Of a stretch of 32,000 bases of DNA, positions 17,908-26,738 are shown one piece after another. Numbering within the stretch: the first letter of the stretch is position 1; each line of letters begins with the position of its first letter. The stretch lies in assembly GCF_042660085.1 (NCBI RefSeq), contig NZ_JBHSTI010000002.1, positions 570,001 through 602,000 on the forward strand. The letters are read 5' to 3'. The translations under genes and the position numbers were made by a program. Below the pieces are notes generated by a model. The model ran no database searches. It saw only the letters and a program-made list of their open reading frames with translations, and was not told the origin of the DNA. This DNA is from Longivirga aurantiaca. Lineage in GTDB: Bacteria > Actinomycetota > Actinomycetes > S36-B12 > CAIYMF01.

Positions 17908-18831
17908 ATGAGAGCCATGGCCTACGACGCGTACGGATCCGACGACGTCCTCACCCTGCGCGACCTGCCCGAGCCGAAGGTGGGCCCGGGGGAGGTACGC
18001 ATCCGCGTGAAGCGCGCAGGCGTGAACCCCGTGGACTGGAAGGTCATGTCCGGCGGGCTCGACGGCCTGATGGACGCGGTCTTCCCCGTCGTCCCCGGTT
18101 GGGACGTCGCCGGCGTGGTCGAGACGGTCGGTATCGACACCCCGGAGTTCGAGGTGGGCGACGAGGTGGTCTCCTACGCGCGCAAGGACGTCGTGCACGG
18201 CGGGACCTTCGCCGAGCTCGTCACGATGAGCGTGCGCGGCGTCGCCCTCAAGCCCGCGGCGCTCACCTGGGACGAGGCCGGTGGCCTCCCGCTCACGGGA
18301 CTCACGGCGCTGCAGGCGCTCGACCGGCTCGTGGTCTCCGCCTCGGACACCGTGCTCGTGCACGGCGGTGCCGGCGGCGTCGGCTCGATGGCCGTTCAGA
18401 TCGCGAAAGCCCGTGGGGCACGGGTGATCGCGACGGCGTCTGACGCCAACCACGACTTCCTGTCGGAGCTCGGCGCCACTCCGGTGACGTACGGGCCGGG
18501 CTCCGTCGAGCGCATCCGCGCCGTGGCGCCGGACGGCGTCGACGTCGTGGTCGACTTCGTCGGTGGCGTCCGCGACGTGACCATGGCCGTCCTCGCGGAC
18601 GGCGGCCGGCACGCCTCCATCGCCGACCCGTCCGTCCTGGAGACCGGCGGCTCGTGGTTCTGGGTGCGCCCGTCGGCGGAGGGCCTGGCCGAGCTGGGCC
18701 GGATGGCCGACGCGGGCCAGCTGCACGTGCCGGTGGCCGACGTGCTGCCGCTCGAGGAGCTGGCGGCCGCGTTCGCGCGCAGCCGCGAGGGTCACGTGCG
18801 CGGCAAGCTCGTCATCGCGGTCTCCGACTGA
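17908..18831 (+). CDS. NADP-dependent zinc-type alcohol dehydrogenase/quinone oxidoreductase family protein (MDR)
   Basis: 307 aa. AGVNPVDWKVMSG, VPGWDVAGVVE and VLVHGGAGGVGSMAVQIAKARGARVIAT motifs. Confidence 0.9.
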   Translation: MRAMAYDAYGSDDVLTLRDLPEPKVGPGEVRIRVKRAGVNPVDWKVMSGGLDGLMDAVFPVVPGWDVAGVVETVGIDTPEFEVGDEVVSYARKDVVHGGTFAELVTMSVRGVALKPAALTWDEAGGLPLTGLTALQALDRLVVSASDTVLVHGGAGGVGSMAVQIAKARGARVIATASDANHDFLSELGATPVTYGPGSVERIRAVAPDGVDVVVDFVGGVRDVTMAVLADGGRHASIADPSVLETGGSWFWVRPSAEGLAELGRMADAGQLHVPVADVLPLEELAAAFARSREGHVRGKLVIAVSD

Positions 18832-18837
18832 CGGCTC

Positions 18838-20502
18838 CTACAGGCCGAGGACCTCGGCCATGCCGTCCTTGAGGGCGGCGAGGCGGTGCTGGGCCACGAG
18901 CCGGGAAGCCTCGACGTCGCTCGTGACGGGCACGACCACCTCGAGGTAGCACTTGAGCTTGGGCTCGGTGCCGCTCGGGCGCACGATCACGCGCGTGCCC
19001 TGGGCGAGGTGCAGCCGCACGCCGTCGGTGGGAGGCAGCCCGCCTCCGCCGTCCTCGAGGTCGTCGAACCCCTCGACCTCGAGCCCGGCGACGTCGGTCG
19101 GACGGTTCGCGCGCAGCCGGGCCATCGCGTCGGCGATGAGCGACAGGTCGGACACGCGCACCGACAGCTGGTCGGTGGCGTGCAGGCCGTGCGCCACGGC
19201 GAGGTCGTCGAGCACGTCGTGCACCGTGCGGTCCTCGGCCTTCAGCGCGGCGACCATCTCGATGATGCGCAGCGCCGCGCTGACGCCGTCCTTGTCGGCG
19301 ACGTGGGCGGAGTCGACGCAGTAGCCGAGCGCCTCCTCGTAGCCGAACGCGAGGCCGGGGATGCGGCCGATCCACTTGAAGCCCGTGAGCGTCTCGTGGT
19401 GCTCGATGCCGTACGCCGCGGCCATCTTCGACAGCAGCGACGACGACACGATCGAGTTGGCGTACGGGCCGCCGGCGCCGCGCTCGTGCAGCCACCAGCC
19501 GAGCAGCCAGCCCACCTCGTCGCCGCGCAGCATGCGGTACGCCGGACCGCCGCCCGCGCCGCGGTCCTGCGTCGGGACGGCGACGGCGCAGCGGTCGGCG
19601 TCCGGGTCGTTCGCGATGACGACGTCGGCGTCGGCGTCGAGACCCTCCTCGATCGCGAGGTCCATCGCCCCCGGCTCCTCCGGGTTGGGGAAGGAGACGG
19701 TCGGGAAGTCGGGGTCGGGCGCGAACTGCGCGCGGACGACGCTCGGCGCCCGGAACCCGGCAGCGGCAAGGGCTTGCAGCATCACGTCGCCACCGACGCC
19801 GTGCATCGGCGTGTAGGCGATCGCGACGTCGCGCGGCGACGCCGGGCCGACCAGCGCTGCGACGTCGCGCAGGTAGGCGTCGAGCACCGAGTCGTCGAGG
19901 TGCTCCCAGCCGTCGCCGCGCGGGAGGTCGCGCACGTCGCCGACGGCGTCGATGCACGCGCTGATCTCGTGGTCGGCTGGCGGCACGATCTGGGTGCCGT
20001 CGCCGAGGTAGACCTTGTAGCCGTTGTCCTGCGGCGGGTTGTGGCTCGCGGTCACCATCACGCCGGCCGCGGCGCCCAGGTGCCGGATGGCGTACGCGAG
20101 GACGGGCGTCGGCAGCGGGCGCGGCAGCACGTACGCGTGCAGGCCCGCTCCCTCCATCACCTCCGCGGTGTCGCGCGCGAACGCGTCGGACTTGTGCCGT
20201 GCGTCGTACCCGACGACGACTGTGCCCCCGCCTCGCTCGACGAGGTACGCCGCGAGCCCGGCGGCCGCGCGCGAGACGACGGCGCGGTTCATGCGGTTGG
20301 GGCCGGGGCCGAGCGCGCCGCGCAGGCCGGCGGTGCCGAACTCGAGCCGCCCGTCGAACGCGTCGAGCAGCTCGGCGGCGGCGGCCTCGTCGCCGCTGCC
20401 CGCGGCGTCGAGCAGCACGTCGAGCGCGTGCCGGGTGTCGGGGTCGGGGTCCTCCGCGAGCCAGGCCCGGGCGCGGTCGACGAGTGTGGGCCCGGAGCTC
20501 AC
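18838..20502 (-). CDS. Phospho-sugar mutase (phosphomannomutase/phosphopentomutase-like, PmmB type)
   Basis: 554 aa from the GTG at 20502. FGTAGLRGALGPGPNRMNRAVVSRAAAGLA, GVMVTASHNPPQDNGYKVY, DPDADRCAVAV and VRPSGTEPKLKCYLE motifs. Confidence 0.9.
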   Translation of the reverse strand: MSSGPTLVDRARAWLAEDPDPDTRHALDVLLDAAGSGDEAAAAELLDAFDGRLEFGTAGLRGALGPGPNRMNRAVVSRAAAGLAAYLVERGGGTVVVGYDARHKSDAFARDTAEVMEGAGLHAYVLPRPLPTPVLAYAIRHLGAAAGVMVTASHNPPQDNGYKVYLGDGTQIVPPADHEISACIDAVGDVRDLPRGDGWEHLDDSVLDAYLRDVAALVGPASPRDVAIAYTPMHGVGGDVMLQALAAAGFRAPSVVRAQFAPDPDFPTVSFPNPEEPGAMDLAIEEGLDADADVVIANDPDADRCAVAVPTQDRGAGGGPAYRMLRGDEVGWLLGWWLHERGAGGPYANSIVSSSLLSKMAAAYGIEHHETLTGFKWIGRIPGLAFGYEEALGYCVDSAHVADKDGVSAALRIIEMVAALKAEDRTVHDVLDDLAVAHGLHATDQLSVRVSDLSLIADAMARLRANRPTDVAGLEVEGFDDLEDGGGGLPPTDGVRLHLAQGTRVIVRPSGTEPKLKCYLEVVVPVTSDVEASRLVAQHRLAALKDGMAEVLGL

Positions 20503-21317
20503 AGCGAGGCCACCACCTGGGCGAGGAGCCGGCCCATGCGCTCCGCGGCGGCCTTGCCCGCCTCGAGCACCTCCTCGTGGTTGAGGGGCTCGCCCGTCAT
20601 GCCCGCCGCGAGGTTGGTGACCAGGGAGATGCCGAGGATCTCCATGCCCGCCTCGCGGGCTGCGATGGCCTCGAGCGTGGTCGACATGCCCACGAGGTCG
20701 GCGCCGATGATCCCGGCCATGCGCACCTCGGCCGGGGTCTCGTACTGCGGCCCGCGGAACTGCGCGTAGACGCCCTCGGCGAGACCCGGCTCGATCTCCT
20801 TGCAGACGGCGCGCAGGCGGGAGGAGTAGAGGTCGGTGAGGTCGATGAACGTCGCCCCCCGCAACGGCGATGCGCCGGTGAGGTTGATGTGGTCGCTGAT
20901 GAGCACGGGCGTGCCCGGCGTCCACGCGGGGTTGAGGCCGCCGCAGCCGTTGGTGAGCACGATGACGCGGCATCCCGCGGCGGCCGCGGTGCGCACGCCG
21001 TGCGCGACGGCCTCGACGCCGAGGCCCTCGTAGAAGTGGTTGCGGCCGAGGAACACCAGCGCACGCGTGCCGCCGGCCTGCACGCTGCGGACCCGGCCGG
21101 CGTGGCCCTGCACGCCCGGGGCGGGGAAGTGCGGGAGATCTGTGATCGCGAAGTCGGCCACCGTCTCGCCGATGAGGTCGACCGCGGGCACCCAGCCGGA
21201 GCCGAGCACGAGCGCGACGTCGTGCGTCGGCGCACCGGTCAGGCGGGCGAGCTCGGCGGCGGCCTCCACGGCGGCGGCCTTGGGGTCGAGGTGCAGCAGA
21301 TCCTGGGTCTCGGTCAC
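20499..21317 (-). CDS. punA: Purine-nucleoside phosphorylase
   Basis: 272 aa. VLGSGWVPAVDLIG, GHAGRVRSVQAGGTRALVFLGRNHFYEG and VIVLTNGCGGLNPAW motifs. 4-bp overlap with the downstream mutase. Confidence 0.9.
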   Translation of the reverse strand: MTETQDLLHLDPKAAAVEAAAELARLTGAPTHDVALVLGSGWVPAVDLIGETVADFAITDLPHFPAPGVQGHAGRVRSVQAGGTRALVFLGRNHFYEGLGVEAVAHGVRTAAAAGCRVIVLTNGCGGLNPAWTPGTPVLISDHINLTGASPLRGATFIDLTDLYSSRLRAVCKEIEPGLAEGVYAQFRGPQYETPAEVRMAGIIGADLVGMSTTLEAIAAREAGMEILGISLVTNLAAGMTGEPLNHEEVLEAGKAAAERMGRLLAQVVASL

Positions 21318-21481
21318 GATGCGACGCTACCCATTCCCCGCCGCCCGCCGCGCCCGAGAGCCGCGATTCGTCCGTCACCTTCGTCAGCAGGCCGGGTCGG
21401 GGACGGGGTCAGGGTCGGGTGGGTGACGCGGACGGGTGCGCCCTGATTCCCCGCGGGGCGCAGCGCCAGGACACTCGGCGC

Positions 21482-22507
21482 ATGAGTCAGGACCTGGGGG
21501 AGGCGCCGGCTGTGCCGCGGCCACGGCCGCGGCTGCGGCGCGGACGCTCGACGCTGTTCGTGCTGGCCCTCGGTGCGGTGTCGTGGGCGTGGTCCGAGGT
21601 CGGCTTCTGGGTCACCTTCCGCGCCGACGACTCGGGGCCCGGCTGGATCTTCACGTGGCTGGCGTACTCGCTGGTCGTCGGCGTGGTGCTGCGCGTCGCG
21701 CGGCGCTTCCCGGTGCGGGGGCTGCCGGGCCTGGTGCTCCTCGGGGCGCTCTACGGCTGGCTGGTCGAGGGCGTCGTCGCGTTCACGGTCTACCAGCAGC
21801 TCCCGTTCTCGCTGATCTGGACCGGAGTCGCGTGGCACGGGATGCTCACCGTCGTCGTCGGCTGGTGGCTGCTGCCGCGGATCCTGCGATCAGGCGGGTG
21901 GCGGGCGTGGGTGTCGAGCGCATTCATCGGGCTCGCCTGGGGCGCCTGGTCTGTCGGATGGTGGGGCGCGGCGCCCGACCAGGGCCAGGCGCCCGTCGTG
22001 CCGGACCTCCTCGGCTACGCCCAGTTCGTCGGCGTCGTGTCGGTGGCGGCTATCCTCGGCTACTACCTGGTGCAGCGGGTGCCCCTGCAGGGCGGCGACC
22101 TGCGCTCCCGCTGGGGCGCCATCGCCTCGCTGGCGGTGCTGGGTCTCTGGGGCGCCGTCATGGTGCTGCCCTCGCTGCCCTGGGCGCCGCTCGTCCTCGC
22201 ACCGCTCCTCGCGCTCGTGTGGTTCTCCCTGCGCCGCCTTGCGCGGCAGGACCCGCCCGAGGGCCGTACGGCGATCCCCGCGCAGTGGCCGTCCGGGGTC
22301 CCGGCCAAGAGCCTCGCGCCGCTCGTGCTCGTGCCTGTGTCGGCAATCGCGCTCTACGCGGCGCTCCTCCCGCTCGACGCCGGCGTACGGGGCGAGGGGC
22401 CGTTCTTCCTCGCCCTGCTGGCCTTCGTGATCGTCACGACCCTGGTCGGCGCAGTCGCCCTGACCTGGAGCCTCTGGCGCACCTGGCGCCCGCGCCGTCC
22501 CGCCTGA
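21482..22507 (+). CDS. Polytopic integral membrane protein of unknown function
   Basis: 341 aa from the ATG at 21482, roughly 8-9 hydrophobic segments (e.g. GLPGLVLLGALYGWLVEGVVAFTVYQQLPFSLIWTGVAWHGMLTVVVGWWLLPRIL). Confidence 0.7.
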   Translation: MSQDLGEAPAVPRPRPRLRRGRSTLFVLALGAVSWAWSEVGFWVTFRADDSGPGWIFTWLAYSLVVGVVLRVARRFPVRGLPGLVLLGALYGWLVEGVVAFTVYQQLPFSLIWTGVAWHGMLTVVVGWWLLPRILRSGGWRAWVSSAFIGLAWGAWSVGWWGAAPDQGQAPVVPDLLGYAQFVGVVSVAAILGYYLVQRVPLQGGDLRSRWGAIASLAVLGLWGAVMVLPSLPWAPLVLAPLLALVWFSLRRLARQDPPEGRTAIPAQWPSGVPAKSLAPLVLVPVSAIALYAALLPLDAGVRGEGPFFLALLAFVIVTTLVGAVALTWSLWRTWRPRRPA

Positions 22508-22511
22508 CCCG

Positions 22512-22551
22512 CCGAAATGCCAGAAACCGCAAGGGTTCTCTGGCACTTCGG
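22512..22551. terminator. Imperfect inverted repeat between convergent genes
   Basis: CCGAAATGCCAGAAACC (22512-22528) against GGTTCTCTGGCACTTCGG (22534-22551): one mismatch and one bulge, 5-nt loop. Lies between the 22507 stop and the 22565 stop of the opposing gene. Confidence 0.65.
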
Positions 22552-22564
22552 TGCGTGAGACGAG

Positions 22565-23014
22565 TCAGCCGGTGCTCGTGCAGGGGCGGGTGCGGAGGTC
22601 GTGGACGTAGTCGTCGGGGGCGCCCGCGGCCTCGGCGGCGTCGGCGATGATCCCCAGGTAGCGCGCCGACGGCAGCCCGCCCTCGTAGTCGTCGAGCACG
22701 TAGAGCCAGGCGGTGACGTCGCCCTCGAGGGTCGCGATGCGCACGCGGATCTTGTCGTAGAGCCCGAGGTCGCTGCCCTCCCACTCGTCGAGCGCCGCCT
22801 CGTCGGCGGGGGAGAGGTCGTAGAGCGCGACGAAGACCTGGGTGCCCGGCTCCTCGACGAGAGTCGCGAGCGCACCCTCCCAGCCGAGCGACTCGCCGCC
22901 GAACGTGAGGCGCCAGCCCTGGAGCCAGCCGGTGCCCCGCGCGGGCGAGTGCGGGGCCCGCAGCAGCATCTGCAGCGGGTCCATGTTGCTGCCGTACGCG
23001 GCGTACAGGGTCAC
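22565..23014 (-). CDS. Gamma-glutamylcyclotransferase-like (AIG2/GGCT fold) protein
   Basis: 149 aa. YAAYGSNMDPLQMLLRAP and LYDLSPADEAALDEWEGS...YVLDDYEGG are typical of the GGCT-like family. Confidence 0.85.
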   Translation of the reverse strand: MTLYAAYGSNMDPLQMLLRAPHSPARGTGWLQGWRLTFGGESLGWEGALATLVEEPGTQVFVALYDLSPADEAALDEWEGSDLGLYDKIRVRIATLEGDVTAWLYVLDDYEGGLPSARYLGIIADAAEAAGAPDDYVHDLRTRPCTSTG

Positions 23015-23043
23015 ACGGTGAGAGTAGCCAAGCGACGTACGGA

Positions 23044-24441
23044 ATGATGTGCGCCATGACGCGCGTGGTGATCGTGGGCGGCGGACCTGGTGGCTACGAG
23101 TCGGCCCTCGTGGCTGCCCAGCTCGGGGCCGAGGTCACGGTCGTCGACCGCGACGGGCTCGGCGGCTCGTGCGTACTCACCGACTGCGTGCCGAGCAAGA
23201 CCCTCATCGCGACCGCGGAGTTCATGACCTCCGCCGCCGACTCCGGCCCTCTGGGCGTGCGCATTGCGGGCGGCGGCCCGGCTGCGGTGTCGGTCGACCT
23301 CGGCGAGGTCAACGCCCGCGTGAAGCGTCTTGCCGCCGCGCAGTCCGCCGACATCGAGGCGCGGCTCGCCCGCGAGGGCGTCCGCGTGGTCAAGGGCCGC
23401 GGACGGCTCGAGGGCCCGTCGGTCGTCGTCGCCACGGATGCGGCGGGCGCCGAGCAGGCCTTGCCCGCCGACGCGATCCTCATCTCCACCGGCGCCCGGC
23501 CGCGCGTCGTCGCAGGCGCCGAGCCGGACGGCGAGCGCATCCTCACCTGGGAGCAGGTGTACGACCTCGACGTGCTGCCCGAGAAGCTGATCGTGGTCGG
23601 CTCCGGTGTCACCGGTGCCGAGTTCGCCTCGGCGTACAACGCGCTCGGGTCCGAGGTCGTGCTCGTGTCCTCGCGCGAGCACGTGCTGCCCGGCGAGGAC
23701 CCGGACGCCGCGCGCGTGCTCGAGGACGTCTTCGCCCGCCGCGGCATGCAGGTGCTCGGGCGCTCGCGCGCGCAGTCCGCCGTGCGCACGGCGGACGGTG
23801 TGGTGGTCACCCTCGCCGACGGCTCGACCGTCGAGGGCACGCACGTGCTCATGGCGGTCGGCTCGCTGCCCAACACCGAGGGCATCGGCCTGGTCGAGAG
23901 CGGCGTCACGCTGAACGACTCCGGCTACGTCCGCGTCGACCGCGTCTCGCGCACCGCCGCGCGAGGCGTGTACGCCGCCGGCGACGTGACCGGCGTGCTC
24001 ATGCTCGCCTCGGTCGCGGCGATGCAGGGCCGCATCGCGATGTGGCATGCGCTCGGCGACGCCGTCGACCCGCTCGACCTGCGCACGGTGTCGAGCAACG
24101 TCTTCACCGATCCCGAGATCGCGACCATCGGCGTCACCCAGGCCGACCTCGACTCCGGTGCCGAGGACGTGCGCGTGGTGAAGCTGCCGCTCGCCACCAA
24201 CGCCCGCGCGAAGATGCAGAACCTGTCCGACGGCTTCGTGAAGCTGTTCTGCCGCCCGGGCACGGGCATCGTCGTGGGTGGCGTGGTCGTCGCGCCGCAG
24301 GCGTCCGAGCTGATCCACCCGATCACGATCGCGGTGAAGCACCGCCTGACCGTCGACGACGTCGCTGCCACCTTCACGGTCTACCCGTCGCTCACCGGCT
24401 CGATCGCCGAGGCTGCGCGCCAGCTGCACACGCACGCCTAG
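23044..24441 (+). CDS. lpdA: NAD(P)H-quinone dehydrogenase / dihydrolipoamide dehydrogenase-like flavoprotein (LpdA type); ATG at 23056 is an alternative start
   Basis: 465 aa. VIVGGGPGGYESALVAAQLGAEVTVVD, GLGGSCVLTDCVPSKTLIA redox pair and GVYAAGDVTGVLMLASVAAMQGRIAM. Confidence 0.85.
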   Translation: MMCAMTRVVIVGGGPGGYESALVAAQLGAEVTVVDRDGLGGSCVLTDCVPSKTLIATAEFMTSAADSGPLGVRIAGGGPAAVSVDLGEVNARVKRLAAAQSADIEARLAREGVRVVKGRGRLEGPSVVVATDAAGAEQALPADAILISTGARPRVVAGAEPDGERILTWEQVYDLDVLPEKLIVVGSGVTGAEFASAYNALGSEVVLVSSREHVLPGEDPDAARVLEDVFARRGMQVLGRSRAQSAVRTADGVVVTLADGSTVEGTHVLMAVGSLPNTEGIGLVESGVTLNDSGYVRVDRVSRTAARGVYAAGDVTGVLMLASVAAMQGRIAMWHALGDAVDPLDLRTVSSNVFTDPEIATIGVTQADLDSGAEDVRVVKLPLATNARAKMQNLSDGFVKLFCRPGTGIVVGGVVVAPQASELIHPITIAVKHRLTVDDVAATFTVYPSLTGSIAEAARQLHTHA

Positions 24442-24652
24442 CCGACGCGACGCCGCTGCGGAGCCGCGCGGTCACGCTGCGCCGCCGGATGGGGGCTGCG
24501 CCGAGCGTTCCCGCGCACCCCCTGGTCAGGCTGCCCTCACAGGGCTAGCGTCCGACCCGTCGAACCGCGCTGTGCCGTACCGGCAGGTCCGAGGGGGGAT
24601 CGGCCTGGGGCTCACCGGAGGACCCAGGGCACTCCGATGCAAGGGGATACGC

Positions 24653-25633
24653 ATGAGACGACGTCGTACTGCTGTCATCGCGCTCTCGGTCGCGGCGCTC
24701 GCTGCCGCCACGCTCTCCGCCACGCCGGCGGCCTCGGCGGATCCGGCACCCGCACTCACCCCCATCGGCGGCGACTTCGTCTCGCCGCTCCACCTGGCCT
24801 TCGGGCCGGGCAAGTCGCTGTACGTCGCCGACGCGTTCACCGCGTCGATCCAGAAGATCAAGCTGCGCACGGGCGTGCGCACCACGCTCTTCCAGGGCAC
24901 CCAGCCCATCCCGGGCGTCGACGTCGCCTCCAACGGCGCCATCAAGGCCACGCTGTCGATCGGCGACCCGACCGTGCCGCTGCCGACGTCGCTCATCGGC
25001 GTCAACCAGGCCGGCAAGAGCTGGCAGCTGGCCGACCTGCTCTCGTACGAGGTCGCCAACAACCCGGACGGCCAGAACCCGGCGGCACCCGACTCGCAGT
25101 CGAACCCCTACTCGGTCCTGGCCCTGAAGCACCGCACGATCGTCGCGGACGCCGGTGCCAACGACCTCCTCGTCGTCCGCCACGGAAAGGTCAGCACGCT
25201 CACGGTCTTCCCGACCTTCACGGCGGAGGGGTGCCAGCCCAACAACAACGGCGACACCTCGTGCGACCCGGTGCCGACTGACGTCGAGCTCGGTCCTGAC
25301 GGCTACCTCTACGTGTCCGGCCTCGGCGCGGAGGTCGAGGGCCACATCTACAAGGTGAACCAGTGGACCGGCGAGATCGTGCAGACGTGGGGCGGCCTCC
25401 CGCCGCTCACCGGCATCGCGGTCTCCTCGCACGGCACGATCTACGCGTCGTCGATCTTCGCGGGCGTCATCCTGAAGATCGGTCGCGACGGCAGCATGAG
25501 CGCCGCGTCCGTGCCGTTCCCGACCGACGTCGAGATCGGCAACGGGATGATCGTGGTCGGCTCGATGCCGCTCACGGGCGGCCCGGGCGCGGTCTACCGC
25601 GTGGCGCCGTCGGCGTTCGTCCCGGTCCCGTAG
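24653..25633 (+). CDS. Secreted ScyD/ScyE-like beta-propeller protein
   Basis: 326 aa with signal peptide MRRRRTAVIALSVAALAAATLSATPAASA. GPDGYLYVSGLGAEVEGHIYKVNQWTGEIVQTWGGLPPLTGIAVSSHGTIYASS resembles NHL/ScyD-type propellers. Confidence 0.7.
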   Translation: MRRRRTAVIALSVAALAAATLSATPAASADPAPALTPIGGDFVSPLHLAFGPGKSLYVADAFTASIQKIKLRTGVRTTLFQGTQPIPGVDVASNGAIKATLSIGDPTVPLPTSLIGVNQAGKSWQLADLLSYEVANNPDGQNPAAPDSQSNPYSVLALKHRTIVADAGANDLLVVRHGKVSTLTVFPTFTAEGCQPNNNGDTSCDPVPTDVELGPDGYLYVSGLGAEVEGHIYKVNQWTGEIVQTWGGLPPLTGIAVSSHGTIYASSIFAGVILKIGRDGSMSAASVPFPTDVEIGNGMIVVGSMPLTGGPGAVYRVAPSAFVPVP

Positions 25634-25678
25634 GCGGAACCCGCACCAGCGCACGACGACAGCGGCGCGGTCAGGCGG

Positions 25679-26686
25679 TCACAGCTGCTTGGCCGCGCCG
25701 CTGTCGGTGTTGACGCGCATGGGCAGCACGTCCACGGCCTCGAACGCCCGTGCCGGCACCCGGCCCAGCGCGCTCACGAGGTCGCTCGTCCAGCGGGTGT
25801 CGGACGTGCCCTGGAAGTACCAGGGGCTGCCGTTGTCGGCCAGCACGAGGCCGTACTTCTTCATGGCGGTGAGCACGACCCGGGCCTGTGCCGGATACCC
25901 GCTGATGTCGTACGACGCCTTGAGCCGGAACCGCGCACCCATCGGCGGGTAGTAGATGCTGTTGACCGACCCGGCCTGATGCCGTGCGGGCCAGAGCCAG
26001 CGCTTGTCGGTGATGTTCGTCGTGAAGCGGATCGCGTGGTCGACCTTGCCGCGCGCGACCTCGTCGTACCGCAGCAGGCCCGGCAGGATCGGAAGACCGG
26101 CGGCGTCGGCGGAGGTCCACCCGACGGGTCGCAGCAGGTTCGAGCGCAGGCTCCAGACCGCGCCGGATCCGGCGTACCAGCCGCTCGCGCGCCTGTGGGT
26201 GTCCCACGTCTCGAACAGCGTGCAGGTGGCGGCGTCTACCACGATCGCGTGCCGGTCGCCGGTGGCGGTCAAGCCACCCTCGATCTTCGTCGAGCTCGAC
26301 AACGGGTAGAGCACCTTGTCGCTCTCATCGGCGTACCCGAACGTCACCTTCACGCGCGGGGCGCCGTTCACGACCGTGATCGGGATGCCGTAGGGCACCG
26401 GCTGCTCGCCGAACGACGGCCCGAAGTCGGCGTGCAGGTTGCGCGTCGGCGACATGTGCGACATCCACTGCGCCGACCGCGGGTGCACCTTCAGCCGGGA
26501 GATGTCGGTGTGCCAGTAGCTGGTGGCGGGGAACGCCGGGCAGCTCGTGCCCGGGATGTACGCCGAGGTGCGTACGGCCACAGCGGTCGGGGCCGCCGCC
26601 GAGGCGGGCGCCGCCAGGGCTGCGACGCAGGACGCCGCGGCCACTGCCGCCGGCATCCGGAGCCGGTGCGCGCGCGTGGTGCTCAT
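25679..26686 (-). CDS. Secreted protein of unknown function
   Basis: 335 aa from the ATG at 26686, signal peptide (LRMPAAVAAASCVAALAAPASAA). HAIRFTTNITDKRWLWPARHQAG...PPMGARFRLKASYDISGYPAQARVVLTAMKKYGLVLADNGSPWYFQG looks like a strongly conserved core. Confidence 0.7.
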   Translation of the reverse strand: MSTTRAHRLRMPAAVAAASCVAALAAPASAAAPTAVAVRTSAYIPGTSCPAFPATSYWHTDISRLKVHPRSAQWMSHMSPTRNLHADFGPSFGEQPVPYGIPITVVNGAPRVKVTFGYADESDKVLYPLSSSTKIEGGLTATGDRHAIVVDAATCTLFETWDTHRRASGWYAGSGAVWSLRSNLLRPVGWTSADAAGLPILPGLLRYDEVARGKVDHAIRFTTNITDKRWLWPARHQAGSVNSIYYPPMGARFRLKASYDISGYPAQARVVLTAMKKYGLVLADNGSPWYFQGTSDTRWTSDLVSALGRVPARAFEAVDVLPMRVNTDSGAAKQL

Positions 26687-26738
26687 GCCTCGAGCATCGA
26701 CGCCCGGGCGCACCCGTCCGATGGGCCGCGCGGGTGGA

